Positions 22,029 to 33,949 of a stretch of 59,939 nt of DNA are shown piece by piece. Position 1 is the first letter of the stretch. The number at the start of each line of letters is the position of its first letter. Origin of the DNA: Nemertoderma westbladi (taxonomy: Eukaryota > Animalia > Xenacoelomorpha); NCBI GenBank assembly GCA_032718475.1, contig JAUCBJ010006993.1, forward strand, positions 1 through 59,939. Direction: 5' to 3'. The translations under genes were made by a program, and so were the position numbers. The notes below the pieces were generated by a model, which was given only the letters and a program-made list of their open reading frames with translations, did not search any database and was not told where the DNA came from.

Positions 22029-23344
22029 GTTTATGCGATTATTCGCAACATTCATGTCCCCAAGTTTATTCCTACAGTAATTGTGCTTGTTACACATACC
22101 GTTATAGTTAAATTAACCCCGGTACTACACGGGCTGCTTGGCGTAGGTAAAGACTGGTGACTTTGTGCTCCGGTCACTCCAGCAGATGCCGTGGTTCTTT
22201 TAACTGTTCAAGTATATTTAACTGCTGGTTATCTGTTTTTAATAAGTACTTGTACCTAATTTAGGGTTTGGTGTACAGTGCTTTCCGAAAGTAATTAGTG
22301 TGTAGGCAGTATATTTGTGTTGTAAAGTGGTTAATAGGCACGTTGGTTCTGGTAGACCGCGGTAATTAACTTCTAGGTAGGGACACTCCGTCATACATAA
22401 CGTAGTACCTATAGCGATACGGCTATAGGTCGTCAGACGGTGGTATTTTCCTATCTGGACAACACAGTGTATTTACTACTACTTATTATTTTCAAATACC
22501 GTAGTATCCTGTCCGTTGTAATAACCAGAAAATCTAACACTCTGTTAGACTGGTTTGTAGTTCCCTGTAAAATTACCCTAAAATTTCGTACGTAATATTT
22601 TGTTGTGTTTAGTTAGAGAATTAATCTCACCCGTATCGTAAGTAATTCGTAGATAAGTAACTTAGGAAGTAGAATTATTTGTTTTAGTGTCCAATAAGTA
22701 GCACTTCACTGAGAGCACACAGCTTTTGTGTAGTGATTAATTCCCAGAAATAATAACATCTATTTCAATATTGTAACAAAACCCCTCATACGGGTACATA
22801 TAAATCCACTAAATCTATTAATAAAATAGTAGGCCTGTTATACAACACTTAGGTCTTAATATCAGTTGGACTGCTGCTTAAATAACGGTAATAAAGTAAG
22901 TAAAGTAACCAAGTAACCCCTAACATTCAGAAATTCAATTATTTTAAAATAATTGACATACCGGTATTTACAATAAGCTTATTATATTTATTCTATAAAT
23001 TTAGGCTGAAATCATACTGGTATTCTGTAATTAATTCTAGTCTGTAATAATTATACTTATATATACTATAAGTGTCAGCTGTATACCGGTATTCACGATA
23101 GGCCTATTATATATTTATATATATTTGTGCTAAAATTATATACCGGTACTCTGTGACAAATCTAGTCTGTAATAATACTTATATATATACTATAAGCATA
23201 CCGGTATTCTAATATATTATATATATATCACGCTACACTGAGTAGCAGTATCGGTAATTAATTATTAGGCTAACAGTGATACTGAATTACTAGACTTGCT
23301 TTAACTGTATTTATAGCCGTAGGCATTCAACTGTGTAAACAAAC

Positions 23345-26300
23345 ATGTCAGACACAACCCAATCACTGTCGGATAGTCTCTTAGAAAGTGTTAGAATGAC
23401 TGTTAGACAGTGTCTTAAAAGGATCAGTGACCCAGATCCAAGTATAGAACATCCTAGATCCAAGTCTAAGTCACCTACTATTGTAAGAAAGGCCATCCCT
23501 ACAGTAGTAGTGTCAGACCCTAGGCTAGTAGAACACCGTAGGTCTATCATCGGCACTCGGGCCCAAGTCAAGTGGGATCAAGAAGCAGCTGTCAAACAGC
23601 AGCAACATCCTAGCCAAGAACCTAGTTTTCAGCGGCCCGATAGCTCCAGTAGTTCGGATACTGTTGAGCGGACGCCCGAACTCGGAGCGAAGATGGCGGA
23701 TACGGTTTATGATGAACGGCTAACCTATGAAGAATCAACCGACGCCACTTCTTCTCAAGTGGAAAGCGAAGTGGAAAGCGAAGTGGAAAGCGAATTAACA
23801 GCAGCAGAGAAGCCGCGAACTAGAGACGCCATTGACATCTATCTGTCAGACTATCAGCGATTCCTAGGAGACGAAGAGTTGAGGAGACGACTGTCTGGAC
23901 TTCGCCCTAATAGTGAAGGAACCAAGCTTGTGTTGGACGCAATCGATGCGGAAATGTTAGCTGCAAACCAAGCTAAATTTGATGAAAAACTCCGCCTCGC
24001 TAGAGTCCAAGAAGAACAAGTAAAGAAAAAACGGATAGAGGACCGAAAGGCAGCAGCAGTAGCAGTGGCAGTGGCAGAACTGAGAGCGTCTGAGGAGACT
24101 ACCCAACTGGAGTTGGAAAATCTGCAAGAGACGCAAGACTGCATAAATAAACAGTTAACTGCTAGTCAAATGCAGATGATGAGTCGATCTACTCCCAAAC
24201 GCCAAGGATACACATCATCGGAGGAAGGCAAGACCACCGATCCTGAAGGCGGAGGAAATAGATCTCGTCTAAGCAGGCGTAGAAAAACATCTCACCGTCA
24301 CAAATTGCCTGATTTGCCCCCAGCAGTTAGAAGACAACTAGCTAGCACAGACTTAGGTAGTACAGAACCCACAGACCAAATTATTAAGGTCAAAAGACTC
24401 CCTACTATAGTTGATGAGCCTGAAATAATTAGGCCTGTCGTTCCCAAAGCCACTCCTGTGCTAGAGACCCCTGTACTTCCAGAGCTTAACTCTAAATTCC
24501 CTTTACACAGTACTACACTGCCTGTACCCGGTAGAACAGTCCATGAGAAAATCCCTGTCCTGGACGCTGAGAGAGAAATCAAAGATTTGTCTCCCGTCGT
24601 CCCGCGTCGGCCCGCTACAATGTTGGCGACTCCCGCTTCGGCGGTCGAGTGGGTAGAGGAGGGACGGCGGGGGATGAATCTCCTGCTCGGACAGATGCAG
24701 GAGACTGTCCACCAACTCAAGGGAACATTAAGGGAAAGTAGGGTAGAATTGCAAGAAGTGCAGCCAAGCATCGCGCTAGAACGCGACAAATTAGTCAATA
24801 TACAAAAGGGTATACCAATACCCCCTGTAACTGTGTGTCAACCTGTTAGGTCTGAAGTATTACATGCGCAAGGTGTGGAGCCTACACGCATCTATACTGC
24901 TAGTGAAGTAGAAACTCCTATAGCAAACCCTATTAAGGGTGATTATAAACCTGTTGTTGATGATATTCCCTATAGACCTGATAATAATCCGGGAAATTTA
25001 TATACCGATAATTCGATATTAAATAACACGATGGCCCAAGAAAGCTTTACGCGTCAGATGGCTAGAACAGAAGCCCGCCAAGCGGTCAAAGTGGGAGAAA
25101 TCGTCAAATTCAATGGAGATGAGATGAAATGGTTACCTTTCAATGAATATTACAAAGATAGCATACTAGTACTATCTAATGGAGAGAAACTTAGATTCCT
25201 CATCAAGTGCTTGGAAGGACCTCCCAAGTTAATGGCGTTAAAGTTTATTGGACATCCAGATGGATTAAGACAAGTTTGGGATACATTAAACATCAGGTAT
25301 GGTAACAAGGATAACATAGCTAAGTATTTGTATGCAAAATTAGTAGCCCCCCGAAAGTTCCTTAGTAGCGGGATTATAGAGTTTTCCGATGAGATTCAGG
25401 AGATCTGTAGACAATTGGATTGGTTAGGTAAGTCTCAGGAATATCAGAGTTCCATGGTTATTGGAGCCGTAGTCTCTACTTTACCAAAGGGTGGAGTATG
25501 TACACGCTGGGACAAGAAAGTGTTGTATATGAATGAACAACAACAACGAGACCCTACCATGGCTGATCTCATGTCCTTCTTAGATAGTGAAGTAAAATTA
25601 CAACTCATAAAGCAGTCCAGAGAGAAAACATCGGAAAATAAGGTAAGTGAGAAACCCGTTTCTAGGAGAAGGGTAACACCAGTGTGTTATACTGACGACG
25701 GCGAAAGCCAAGCTTCTCAAGAAGAGGACAGCGGGAAAGACACAGTAAAATCTTACTATGACAACAAGACCTATAAAGACGTAAGTAAATATAAGTCTCG
25801 AACCAGTGACAGGAGAGAACAGGTAACAACAACTCCTCCTACGTCTCCTAAGAGAATTCACGGAAGAAAGCCCGAAGAAAGAACGAGAGTGCATAACGTT
25901 ACCCAAGGTAAAGTGAGTAACATCAAACCAAAATGTGCGCTGTGCGACGGGCCCCACCGTTTGAGTGTGTGTGCTGAATTCCTAAAGAAATCCCTGGTAG
26001 ACAGACGTGAAGTCATGTGGGATAAGCGGTTATGCTATAATTGCCTCAGACAAGGACACCAACGGCGAACCTGTTACTCTGATGTAAAGTGTGCAAATTG
26101 CGGTGCGAAACATCACATCTTGTTACACAGTGAATTCGAACGAAACAACCCGAGTCAGGTAAGTGAGCCTGAACTACATGTCCCATTCAGTGATATAAAT
26201 GACACTGATCAAGAATCTGAGATGGAAGGATTCTATACGGACGAATTCTCCGACGCCAACGAATCCTGTTACCTAATAAATACTGCAGTGTATCAAGCAC

Positions 26301-27364
26301 TTACGTATGAAAAGGACACCGACAATGAGTTCCCCCCAACTACCTTTGACAGACAACCATCTTGGAAACCTCCAACTTCCAACGTAGGAATCAGAGAATT
26401 TCCTGTGGTGCAGGTAAGAGTTCACGGTCCTAACAAAAGTTACATAGTGAACGCCCTCCTTGACTCCGGCAGCACAGGAACATTCATCGATCAAGAACTA
26501 GCCGAAGACATCTTTGCTGGACAACCCAAATTCCGAACTAAGTTGAATATGTCAGGAATTATGCAGGTGAAATCTACCATAACGGCAGATTACTATGTAG
26601 GTGTGTTGTCCACCCCCCAGGATAAATTAGGAGAACAAAGTATAAGGTCAGTAAAAATGGTGGCTATAAAGAACTTCGCTACTACCCAAGTAGAACCTTA
26701 TAACTGGGACGAGGACGAGAGCATCCAGCCACTTAAGATACCTCGATTCCACACAGATTATCCTGGAGTGCAAATACTCATCGGCCAAAACGCGCATGAG
26801 GCGCTAGAGACATTGGAGAAACGGCCTGCTCAACCACAGCCACTACAAACCTATGCAGTAAGAACTAGAGTAGGTTGGTACTTCACTGGCCCTTCCCGTA
26901 GAACTCTCAAAGAGAGATTACCTCAACAACAGGTATACCAAGTAAAGGAATGGGAAGTGGAGAGCAGTGAGGTGGACGAACTAACTGAGGGAACACCATA
27001 CTCCTCAGATAATGACGATATTAACTCCAATGTAGATCAATGGAGACATTGCCTTGGGACGATTAATCCAGCCGACATCGCTTCCAGAGGAGCAACTCCT
27101 CAAGAACTGATAGATACTCCAGGCTGGTTAGGTGGATCCGACTTCTTAAGTAAAGAAGAAGAAGAATGGCCTCCTCATCTTACCACGGCGGAGATTAGAC
27201 AGGCCAAGGGAGCGGAGAAAGTAACACAACAACTCAATCGCCCAGCTGGTCGTTTATGTTTACTGGAAAGAGATCGAAAACTGTCCGGAAACTATGGAAG
27301 GCAAGATACTCTTCCTACGACCACTTCCCTAATCCGACAAATATCTAGGGACTCCATAACGTAA
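23345..27364 (+). CDS. Bel/Pao Gag-aspartic protease polyprotein with an RNase H remnant; RT and integrase cores absent
   Basis: Paralogue of 4734..9767 with the triple zinc knuckle, ALLDSGS and QWRHCLGTINPADIASRGATPQELIDTPGWLGGSDFL. Confidence 0.92.
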   Translation: MSDTTQSLSDSLLESVRMTVRQCLKRISDPDPSIEHPRSKSKSPTIVRKAIPTVVVSDPRLVEHRRSIIGTRAQVKWDQEAAVKQQQHPSQEPSFQRPDSSSSSDTVERTPELGAKMADTVYDERLTYEESTDATSSQVESEVESEVESELTAAEKPRTRDAIDIYLSDYQRFLGDEELRRRLSGLRPNSEGTKLVLDAIDAEMLAANQAKFDEKLRLARVQEEQVKKKRIEDRKAAAVAVAVAELRASEETTQLELENLQETQDCINKQLTASQMQMMSRSTPKRQGYTSSEEGKTTDPEGGGNRSRLSRRRKTSHRHKLPDLPPAVRRQLASTDLGSTEPTDQIIKVKRLPTIVDEPEIIRPVVPKATPVLETPVLPELNSKFPLHSTTLPVPGRTVHEKIPVLDAEREIKDLSPVVPRRPATMLATPASAVEWVEEGRRGMNLLLGQMQETVHQLKGTLRESRVELQEVQPSIALERDKLVNIQKGIPIPPVTVCQPVRSEVLHAQGVEPTRIYTASEVETPIANPIKGDYKPVVDDIPYRPDNNPGNLYTDNSILNNTMAQESFTRQMARTEARQAVKVGEIVKFNGDEMKWLPFNEYYKDSILVLSNGEKLRFLIKCLEGPPKLMALKFIGHPDGLRQVWDTLNIRYGNKDNIAKYLYAKLVAPRKFLSSGIIEFSDEIQEICRQLDWLGKSQEYQSSMVIGAVVSTLPKGGVCTRWDKKVLYMNEQQQRDPTMADLMSFLDSEVKLQLIKQSREKTSENKVSEKPVSRRRVTPVCYTDDGESQASQEEDSGKDTVKSYYDNKTYKDVSKYKSRTSDRREQVTTTPPTSPKRIHGRKPEERTRVHNVTQGKVSNIKPKCALCDGPHRLSVCAEFLKKSLVDRREVMWDKRLCYNCLRQGHQRRTCYSDVKCANCGAKHHILLHSEFERNNPSQVSEPELHVPFSDINDTDQESEMEGFYTDEFSDANESCYLINTAVYQALTYEKDTDNEFPPTTFDRQPSWKPPTSNVGIREFPVVQVRVHGPNKSYIVNALLDSGSTGTFIDQELAEDIFAGQPKFRTKLNMSGIMQVKSTITADYYVGVLSTPQDKLGEQSIRSVKMVAIKNFATTQVEPYNWDEDESIQPLKIPRFHTDYPGVQILIGQNAHEALETLEKRPAQPQPLQTYAVRTRVGWYFTGPSRRTLKERLPQQQVYQVKEWEVESSEVDELTEGTPYSSDNDDINSNVDQWRHCLGTINPADIASRGATPQELIDTPGWLGGSDFLSKEEEEWPPHLTTAEIRQAKGAEKVTQQLNRPAGRLCLLERDRKLSGNYGRQDTLPTTTSLIRQISRDSIT

Positions 27365-27884
27365 TAACATAAGGAGTGGGCGTGTGACTATATCATTTTA
27401 TATTTGTTTTTATTTTATATTTATGTATGTATTATTATGTAATTTTATTATAATCGTTTTCTTTAATTTTATTCAGTATAATGTTATTTTAGTGATTATT
27501 TAGTAGATTAGTGCAATATATTAGTGTTTATTACGTACGTAATTACTTATAATATATATTTAGTGCGACGGCGAGAAATAATTATTTTTTCTCTTTCCTT
27601 ACTGTCCGTATCATATTATAAATACGTGACTACAGTAAGATGAAATGTCCGTACTTATTAAAGTACAATAAAGCCACTACTATATTCAAGTATTATTGGT
27701 AGGCAGAGTATTAGGAATGCAAAGTTCAGATCCTCGTGTCTCGGCTAAACCAAGCTCTGGGTAGACCTTGGAAACGACTTGCCTCTTCACACTGACATTG
27801 CTTCGTGCGATATTGCTCTCATACCATATATAATAATACATATAGTAGCGTGATGTCCCTCTAACAGTAGCGTGAAACGCAAAT

Positions 27885-28200
27885 AAATCTGTTAAACCTT
27901 TTGACCATCTGTAATTCTAGTCGATTAAGATATCGCGGCACCCACCGATATACTTGAAAGACAAATTCTAGAATCAGTGGTTAACGTCCCCAGACAAGTT
28001 CTGGAATAAATTGGTGCCCATCTCAAATATTAATTATTTAATATTTACAAATCTATAAATCAAAATCTGTAAAATTCAGATCCTTTAACAATTCTAGTCG
28101 ATTAAGATATCGTAGCACTTACCGATACTCTTAAAAGACAATTTTCATAGAATTAAGGATCCTATGTCCCCAGACCTGCTCTGGAATCAAATTGTGTCAA
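27885..28200 (+). repeat. About 180-bp imperfect direct repeat in the element 3' region (also in copy A at about 3900-4220)
   Basis: aaatctgt...aattctagtcgattaagatatcg...gtccccagac...ctggaat occurs twice. Confidence 0.75.
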
Positions 28201-29014
28201 TTGTACTATCAAATAATAAAATTTCAGGGAATAAATTTAAATTCATATTTTAATGAATTTAATAAATTGTCATTCTGTGCAATTTATAACATTCCCAAAA
28301 TCCCATTAATTAATAGATCACGGGAGCGGAGATTCATCCTATTAAGTGTGTTAGAGTGTGAGAATCTCCCATGTATGAGTCAATAGCCGATAAAATTTAT
28401 AAAATCATATATAAACGAGATATTGGACCATTAAAGAATTACTATTAAATAGCATCCCAGATCTGTATGCATTGGAATTACCCTAATTCTACCGCTAGCT
28501 TTCCATAATGTCACCATAGTAACACCCACACTAGAATTAGAAACAAGTTAAAAAGAACAATAGAAAGCTTACCCCATTGCATAGTAAGAAATAAATAGCG
28601 CACTGCTAGTATCCAAGGATACATAATAATAACGTGGCATTCTGGAAGGCACTGACTAACGGACAAATGGCCCGAGTGTGTGTAATTTGTGACAGTTGTG
28701 TGTGTGGAATTTGTGAGTTTATAGGCGAATGTTACTACTAAGGTGTGTTTACAGTAGCGAGTCGCAATTGTGAAAGTAACCCTAACCCTCCAGTAAGAAC
28801 CTGAAGTGTATCTAAGCCTTTGGGACGGACAGTGGAGTGACTCGTGCTAGTGTCGTTGTCGTTGTGTAGCTACACGTTGGCGGAAAACACAGCGGCGACG
28901 ATACATTTGCGCTGAGGCTCTTACACTGTCCGGGGGCTGATTGGGGTAGGCAGCGACGCTCGCTAGCCTAATTATAAGCTCATTATAATATTAATAAACT
29001 CATATATAGCAGAT

Positions 29015-29438
29015 ATAACTGAGTTGATAGAAGATGGTCTTGGTATCGGGGAGCGATATACTCTACCTTTACAAGTGTTTGTTGATAGCTTGATACGCTG
29101 CGACGCTAGTCCAATTACTACGAAGGACGATGGTCGTTATATCGAACCGACGATTTCCTAGAAGCAACTTACGCGTGAATTGGACTATGGAAAATTCACC
29201 GCTCGCTACACGCATCGTAATAGTACGTATATGGATTTCTTAACCATTGGCCATTCTATCGATTCACACGATACGGACTATGTCGAACATATATCCTACC
29301 CAGCGGAGTCGGAATGATAAACTGAAATTCGAATGCGAAAATTCTATTCGAAATCGACTCAAAAGAAAAGACATTAGAGAGACAAATGGACGCGGTAACT
29401 CTAACGTATATTTGGAATTCTTGATAGAAGCATTGTAA
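29015..29438 (+). pseudogene. Disrupted homologue of the copy A accessory ORF
   Basis: ATA replaces the ATG, then TELIEDGLGIGERYTLPLQVFVDSLIR. There is a TAG at 29159-29161 and a later frameshift into TQRSRNDK...ENSIRNRL. Confidence 0.75.
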
Positions 29439-30369
29439 CAACAAATAAATATCATCCGCGTTTCCCCTACCAGACGTGCGTCTTTGGTATTATTACGATA
29501 AATGCCCTAGACCCAACCAATAAACAGAAAGACATAAACATCCACGGAAACCGAAACTTGTTCGACATATCACCTACGCTCGCTCGACTCAGACGATCCT
29601 TGAGTAAACCTACGATCATAGTTCCGGAATACTCGGTCAGACCACCTCGTTCCTTGATTAGACCTCAGACTTTCGATTCTGATGGTATCCCGGATCCTCA
29701 CGAGCTGTATTCACTGTTCAAAGATCTAGTGCTACCCTAACAATTAATCGGTAACACTCCGGCAGCGAGCTCTAGCTAGCCGCCCATCTTACCTAGCCGT
29801 ATTGGGACGCGGACACCTAATATCACCATTCAACCGTTTGGTCGTCCCAGTTTAACGCGATACAACCCTTCATCAAGGTGAAGGAGAGCGTTGTACGAAA
29901 CGAGTTAAACGCTATTCTACAAAGATCAGAAAGGAAACCTGCGTTTGTTCAGATAAATGTAAGTTATAACAGCAAGTCCAAGCGGTAAACGAATTGGCTT
30001 ATCTCAGTTCGATTGGGAAATCTTGAATCTCTAAGAAGATATCGAGCTTAGACAACCCTATTCTCTGCGAGAGTTTTGGACGAGCGTGTCCAATGACAAG
30101 CGGAGGAAAATCAGCTCGAGGAGAAGCAGATCGAAATGGACGAGACACTGACCGTAACCCTAAACCTTCTGATGCAATGGTATTGCACCCTTCACCCAGG
30201 AGTTACAGCCCTCCTAGTAAAGTGGCTCGCCCTAAAGAGAAAAGGACTCTTGCTAGCCTCAAAAAGCTGCGTAAACGACGTCCGCGTAAGAAAGACTAAC
30301 TGTTTAGAGTATTTTTATATTTTAGAAACTGTGATTTGTTATATTTTATAGACTTAAATCCCATTTTCT

Positions 30370-30377
30370 GGGAGCGG
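30370..30377 (+). other. Short polypurine tract of copy B
   Basis: GGGAGCGG immediately precedes the TG of the 3' LTR. Confidence 0.6.
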
Positions 30378-31552
30378 TGTAAAGGCTTTTGCGTAATTAG
30401 CCGGTTATTTTCCCCGTGAAGTACTCTGTAGTTGGTTTACCAGGCATAAAAGGGCCGTGTCCTTACTGTACTGGTGTTTTAGAGGACATAAAAGTAATTT
30501 CTTCTGTATGTGTACTTTAGCGGACATAATCCGCAATTCCATGACGCAAAAGCCGAAATACTCTTGGAACAGTGTAGTTACTAAGACGACAGCTAATAGC
30601 TGAGCTGTACACGTGGAGCCTCTGCACGGAGCCTTGGTTCTTTGTTCTGCTCAGCTCAAATGACGACATCTATCAGCTGTGTCCACGTCAGTTCGACCAA
30701 TCAGAGATTTTCCCTTTGTGTAAAAGCTGTATAGCAGAATCCCATGATTCAGTACTGACGTTTCCCCCACGCCTAGAACACCGGCCGGGGAATGTTTTCT
30801 GACATTAGAGCGTCTTTAATTATAAGATCATCAAACTGTTATCTTGGTCAACTTGGTTAAGTACACTTGCATTATTTACTGCTATTTACTGTGTTGTTAA
30901 TTGTATCGTTCGTTTACATATTATTATTGGGAAGAATATTGATAACGATCCGAAACCCCAATCTTCTTGATACACTAAGGTTAGAGAGACAGGTTACATA
31001 TAACAATTTGCGACATACATTATCGTGGTTTGTAATGAGTTCAATGCTACTTAATAGGCCCTACAAATGTCGGTTGTTATTCTCTTTATATATGATTAAA
31101 ATCAGTGAATATCGGCAATTCAGTGTGCAATTGTGTGCAATAGTCTGTGTGTGCTTGACCGAGTAACAAAGCATTTCCTAAAGAATGCACTTTGGTGATC
31201 TATAAGACATACTGTTGTGTATAGTGTAAGTCATAGCTCTGTTTAAATAGATAGAGCGCCACGTCCTAAAGGAACTGCTAATATTTCCCGAAAGTGAATA
31301 ATATTCGTCAGAGATTATATATTAACGATCAATCGAATAGTGCGGTAGGCCTGCACCGCAATCAAATTAAAGCATCCAAATCCAGTCTCCCGGGTATATC
31401 CAGCGGGTGAATGGTCGCGCACAGACTGGCTTTGGCTAATGTTAGAATTATTATAGGTGTTCAATACTTGTCATAGGCTGGAGCAGATTTATAACCTAGA
31501 AGACATATAGATTTGGCGGGTTAAACTGCCAAAGGTCTTAAAAGCGCGAACA
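30378..31552 (+). repeat. 3' LTR of copy B
   Basis: Direct repeat of 19923..21097 at offset 10455. Confidence 0.97.
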
Positions 31553-31954
31553 GTTACTTTGCTGACGTGGTACAATATGGCACTTTTGCTCACTTAAAGG
31601 GCGTTATGACTCGAAATTCACCTCTGGGGTTCCCTGTCCACGCCTTATTAATGGTAAATACTAGGGATGTCCCGGAATTCCGTTCCGGCCGGAATTCCGG
31701 TGGTTTTTGCCCGATTCCGGTTCCGGCCGGAATTGCCGGAATGGGGTCAATTCCGGCCGGAATTTTACCGGAATTACCAGGTTCCTAACTAGTTTGATAG
31801 TTGCAATTAGTTGTTAAAATATTATCAACATTTATAAATTTTTTAAACATTATTACCAATTATTTTAAGATACTTTTCAACACGTGTAAAAAAAGAATTT
31901 AAATAAAGTGTTCTTCGACCGTTAGAGCTAATATTTAAAGATGCAAGACATCGA

Positions 31955-32082
31955 TGCCCCCTGGTTAGCCCCTTCAAACCATTCGTGCGAAAGCAGCCTT
32001 GGCCCACCTACCTGCAGGGATCGAAGCCACGACCTCCAGATAGATTGGAAATCAATGCAACCGCTACACCAAGGTGGAACCT
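31955..32082 (-). mobile_element. Possible degenerate tRNA-derived SINE head inside the hAT element
   Basis: The minus strand has TGGTGTAGCGG (A-box-like) and GGCTTCGATCCC (B-box-like) at tRNA-like spacing. Confidence 0.4.
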
Positions 32083-32322
32083 AACTAACCTATGTAACGA
32101 GGGAAAATTCACAGCCACCCCTTTTATTACAGTGAATTCAGTCTTGGATGGGTATGTAACACATTTCCAAAAAAATTTCTCCTGGTAATCAAACTAAAAT
32201 GGTCCCACCATATGTTACACCACTTATAGTATTCATATACAATTCACAATAACCCTCTTAATTTACATGAACTAATTAAACCCTTTTTTCCTTCTGAATA
32301 TATTTTAAGAAATGCATCATTA

Positions 32323-32688
32323 GGCCCGTGCTCCACTGGTAAGTTGTACTTACGTCGTTTTAAGATTTTGTCTTAGTCAGAATATCAAAATGAATGCCTC
32401 CTTGCTCCATTGGTAACAGAAGTCATAAGTCACTTGATAAAAAAAATTTGGTGCGTCTCACATTTACTGCATATTTATTATACCCAAAGTAACCAATCAC
32501 AGACCTCTTGCCGGATATATCACATGAGTCATATGTCAAAAGATGGAACATGGGACATAATCACTTTCGACTCATAGGTCGTACACTTAACGATTTACCA
32601 GCGGAGACGCTCCCATTGAAACCAATGTGTTCCATGATTTATTCTGACTAAAACTACATAAGACTTACTTACCAGTGGAGCACGGGCC
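32323..32688. mobile_element. PIF/Harbinger-type MITE nested in the hAT element
   Basis: TIR GGCCCGTGCTCCACTGGTAAGT / ACTTACCAGTGGAGCACGGGCC, with TTA on both sides. Confidence 0.9.
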
Positions 32689-33949
32689 TTAACGAGTTGT
32701 TTTTACAATTTGCTTATTTTAATTTGCTTATAAAATGGCGTTTTTAGATTGATCTTACAAAATTTTACATTGATTTTAAATTATTTTACATTGATTTTAT
32801 ATTATTTTACATTGATTTTATATTATTTTACTTTGATGATAGGCCTAATATTATGATTGGTATTGTCCAACGTAACATATAGGATTACCCCTAAAGATTT
32901 CCAGCTTATTTTCATGGGAGTCCTTTATGTTACTTGGTTTTTGGTTACAAATACAATATTACACAATACAATATTTCTTACCATAAATCTATTTATTCTC
33001 AGCAATAATTAAACTGTAACATGTACTATTGGCCTCGAGTATTGTTTTGGTTCGAATAACATGTCTCTGTAACATGCTCATTTCCCTTAAAGACACCAGG
33101 ATATTGCAACGTCCGTTTTTAGGTATGAGTCTAAATGCTAAAAACCTAACCGTTGGCCAAAGTTATAGATTTTAGAAAAAATATAAATAATATAAGATAT
33201 TTACGAAAAAAAAATATATTTAATTCCCTGTCGTTTAAGTGTCCCCATAATAGGCCATAACGGGCCAGGCAGGCCATTCTCCCTTCCACCCACCTTAATT
33301 CTCCCAAGGTTCTGATTCATCTCATTATCAAACTTAGCTTTAGAAATTCAAAAAAATAATTTCTTTCACAAAAAAATATAATAAAGTTTCATGGGTCATT
33401 TAGTATATTTCACTAATTATAGAAAATTCCGGTTCCGGCCGGAATTCCGGCCGGAATATTCCGGCATGTTGAATTCCGGTTCCGGTTCCGGTTCCGGCCG
33501 GAATCAAAATATCGATTCCGGGACATCCCTAGTAAATACAGAGACAGGGACCTTAAAGTTGCATCCTGTCCACGTTCACTACACAGATACTAACGTTTAG
33601 CGCACCGGCTATCAATAATAATTGAAAGTAAATTTAGGTAAAGAAAATCACTTTTAGTAAAAGCATCCTAGACAATAAAGAGAACGGCAACGGCACTTGA
33701 GGGAGTTGGTCAGTCTCTGATACCTATATGATTGGATGAATGTAGCCCCCGAAACAAGTTATTCAACACTTTTATACTCCACTCAATAATCTTTTGATAT
33801 AATTTTTCATACAGTTTTTAGAACAAACAAACCGCGTTATATAATGTTCAGGGTTAATTATCAGTTCTATTAGAGCCACGAAAACGAAAATTATCGACAT
33901 TTGGATTATTAGTTATATTATCCAGAATATTGCATTAATAGAGTTATAG

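Larger units (their letters stand above)
19923..31552 (+). mobile_element. Complete, recent Bel/Pao-derived non-autonomous LTR element, copy B (11630 bp)
   Basis: Two 1175-bp TG...CA LTRs, a 5-bp TSD GTTAC at 19918-19922 and 31553-31557, and a Gag-protease ORF. Confidence 0.97.
31662..33531. mobile_element. Non-autonomous hAT-type DNA transposon
   Basis: TIR TAGGGATGTCCCGGAAT / ATTCCGGGACATCCCTA (Ac-like TAGGGATG start), 8-bp TSD GTAAATAC (31654-31661 and 33532-33539), and subterminal CCGGAATT/TTCCGG arrays. Confidence 0.92.

Noticed and set aside
2572-31552. One giant composite inverted-repeat transposon carrying HENMT1
   Set aside because: Copy B has its own TSD and LTR pair and the two copies are clearly diverged, which indicates independent insertions.
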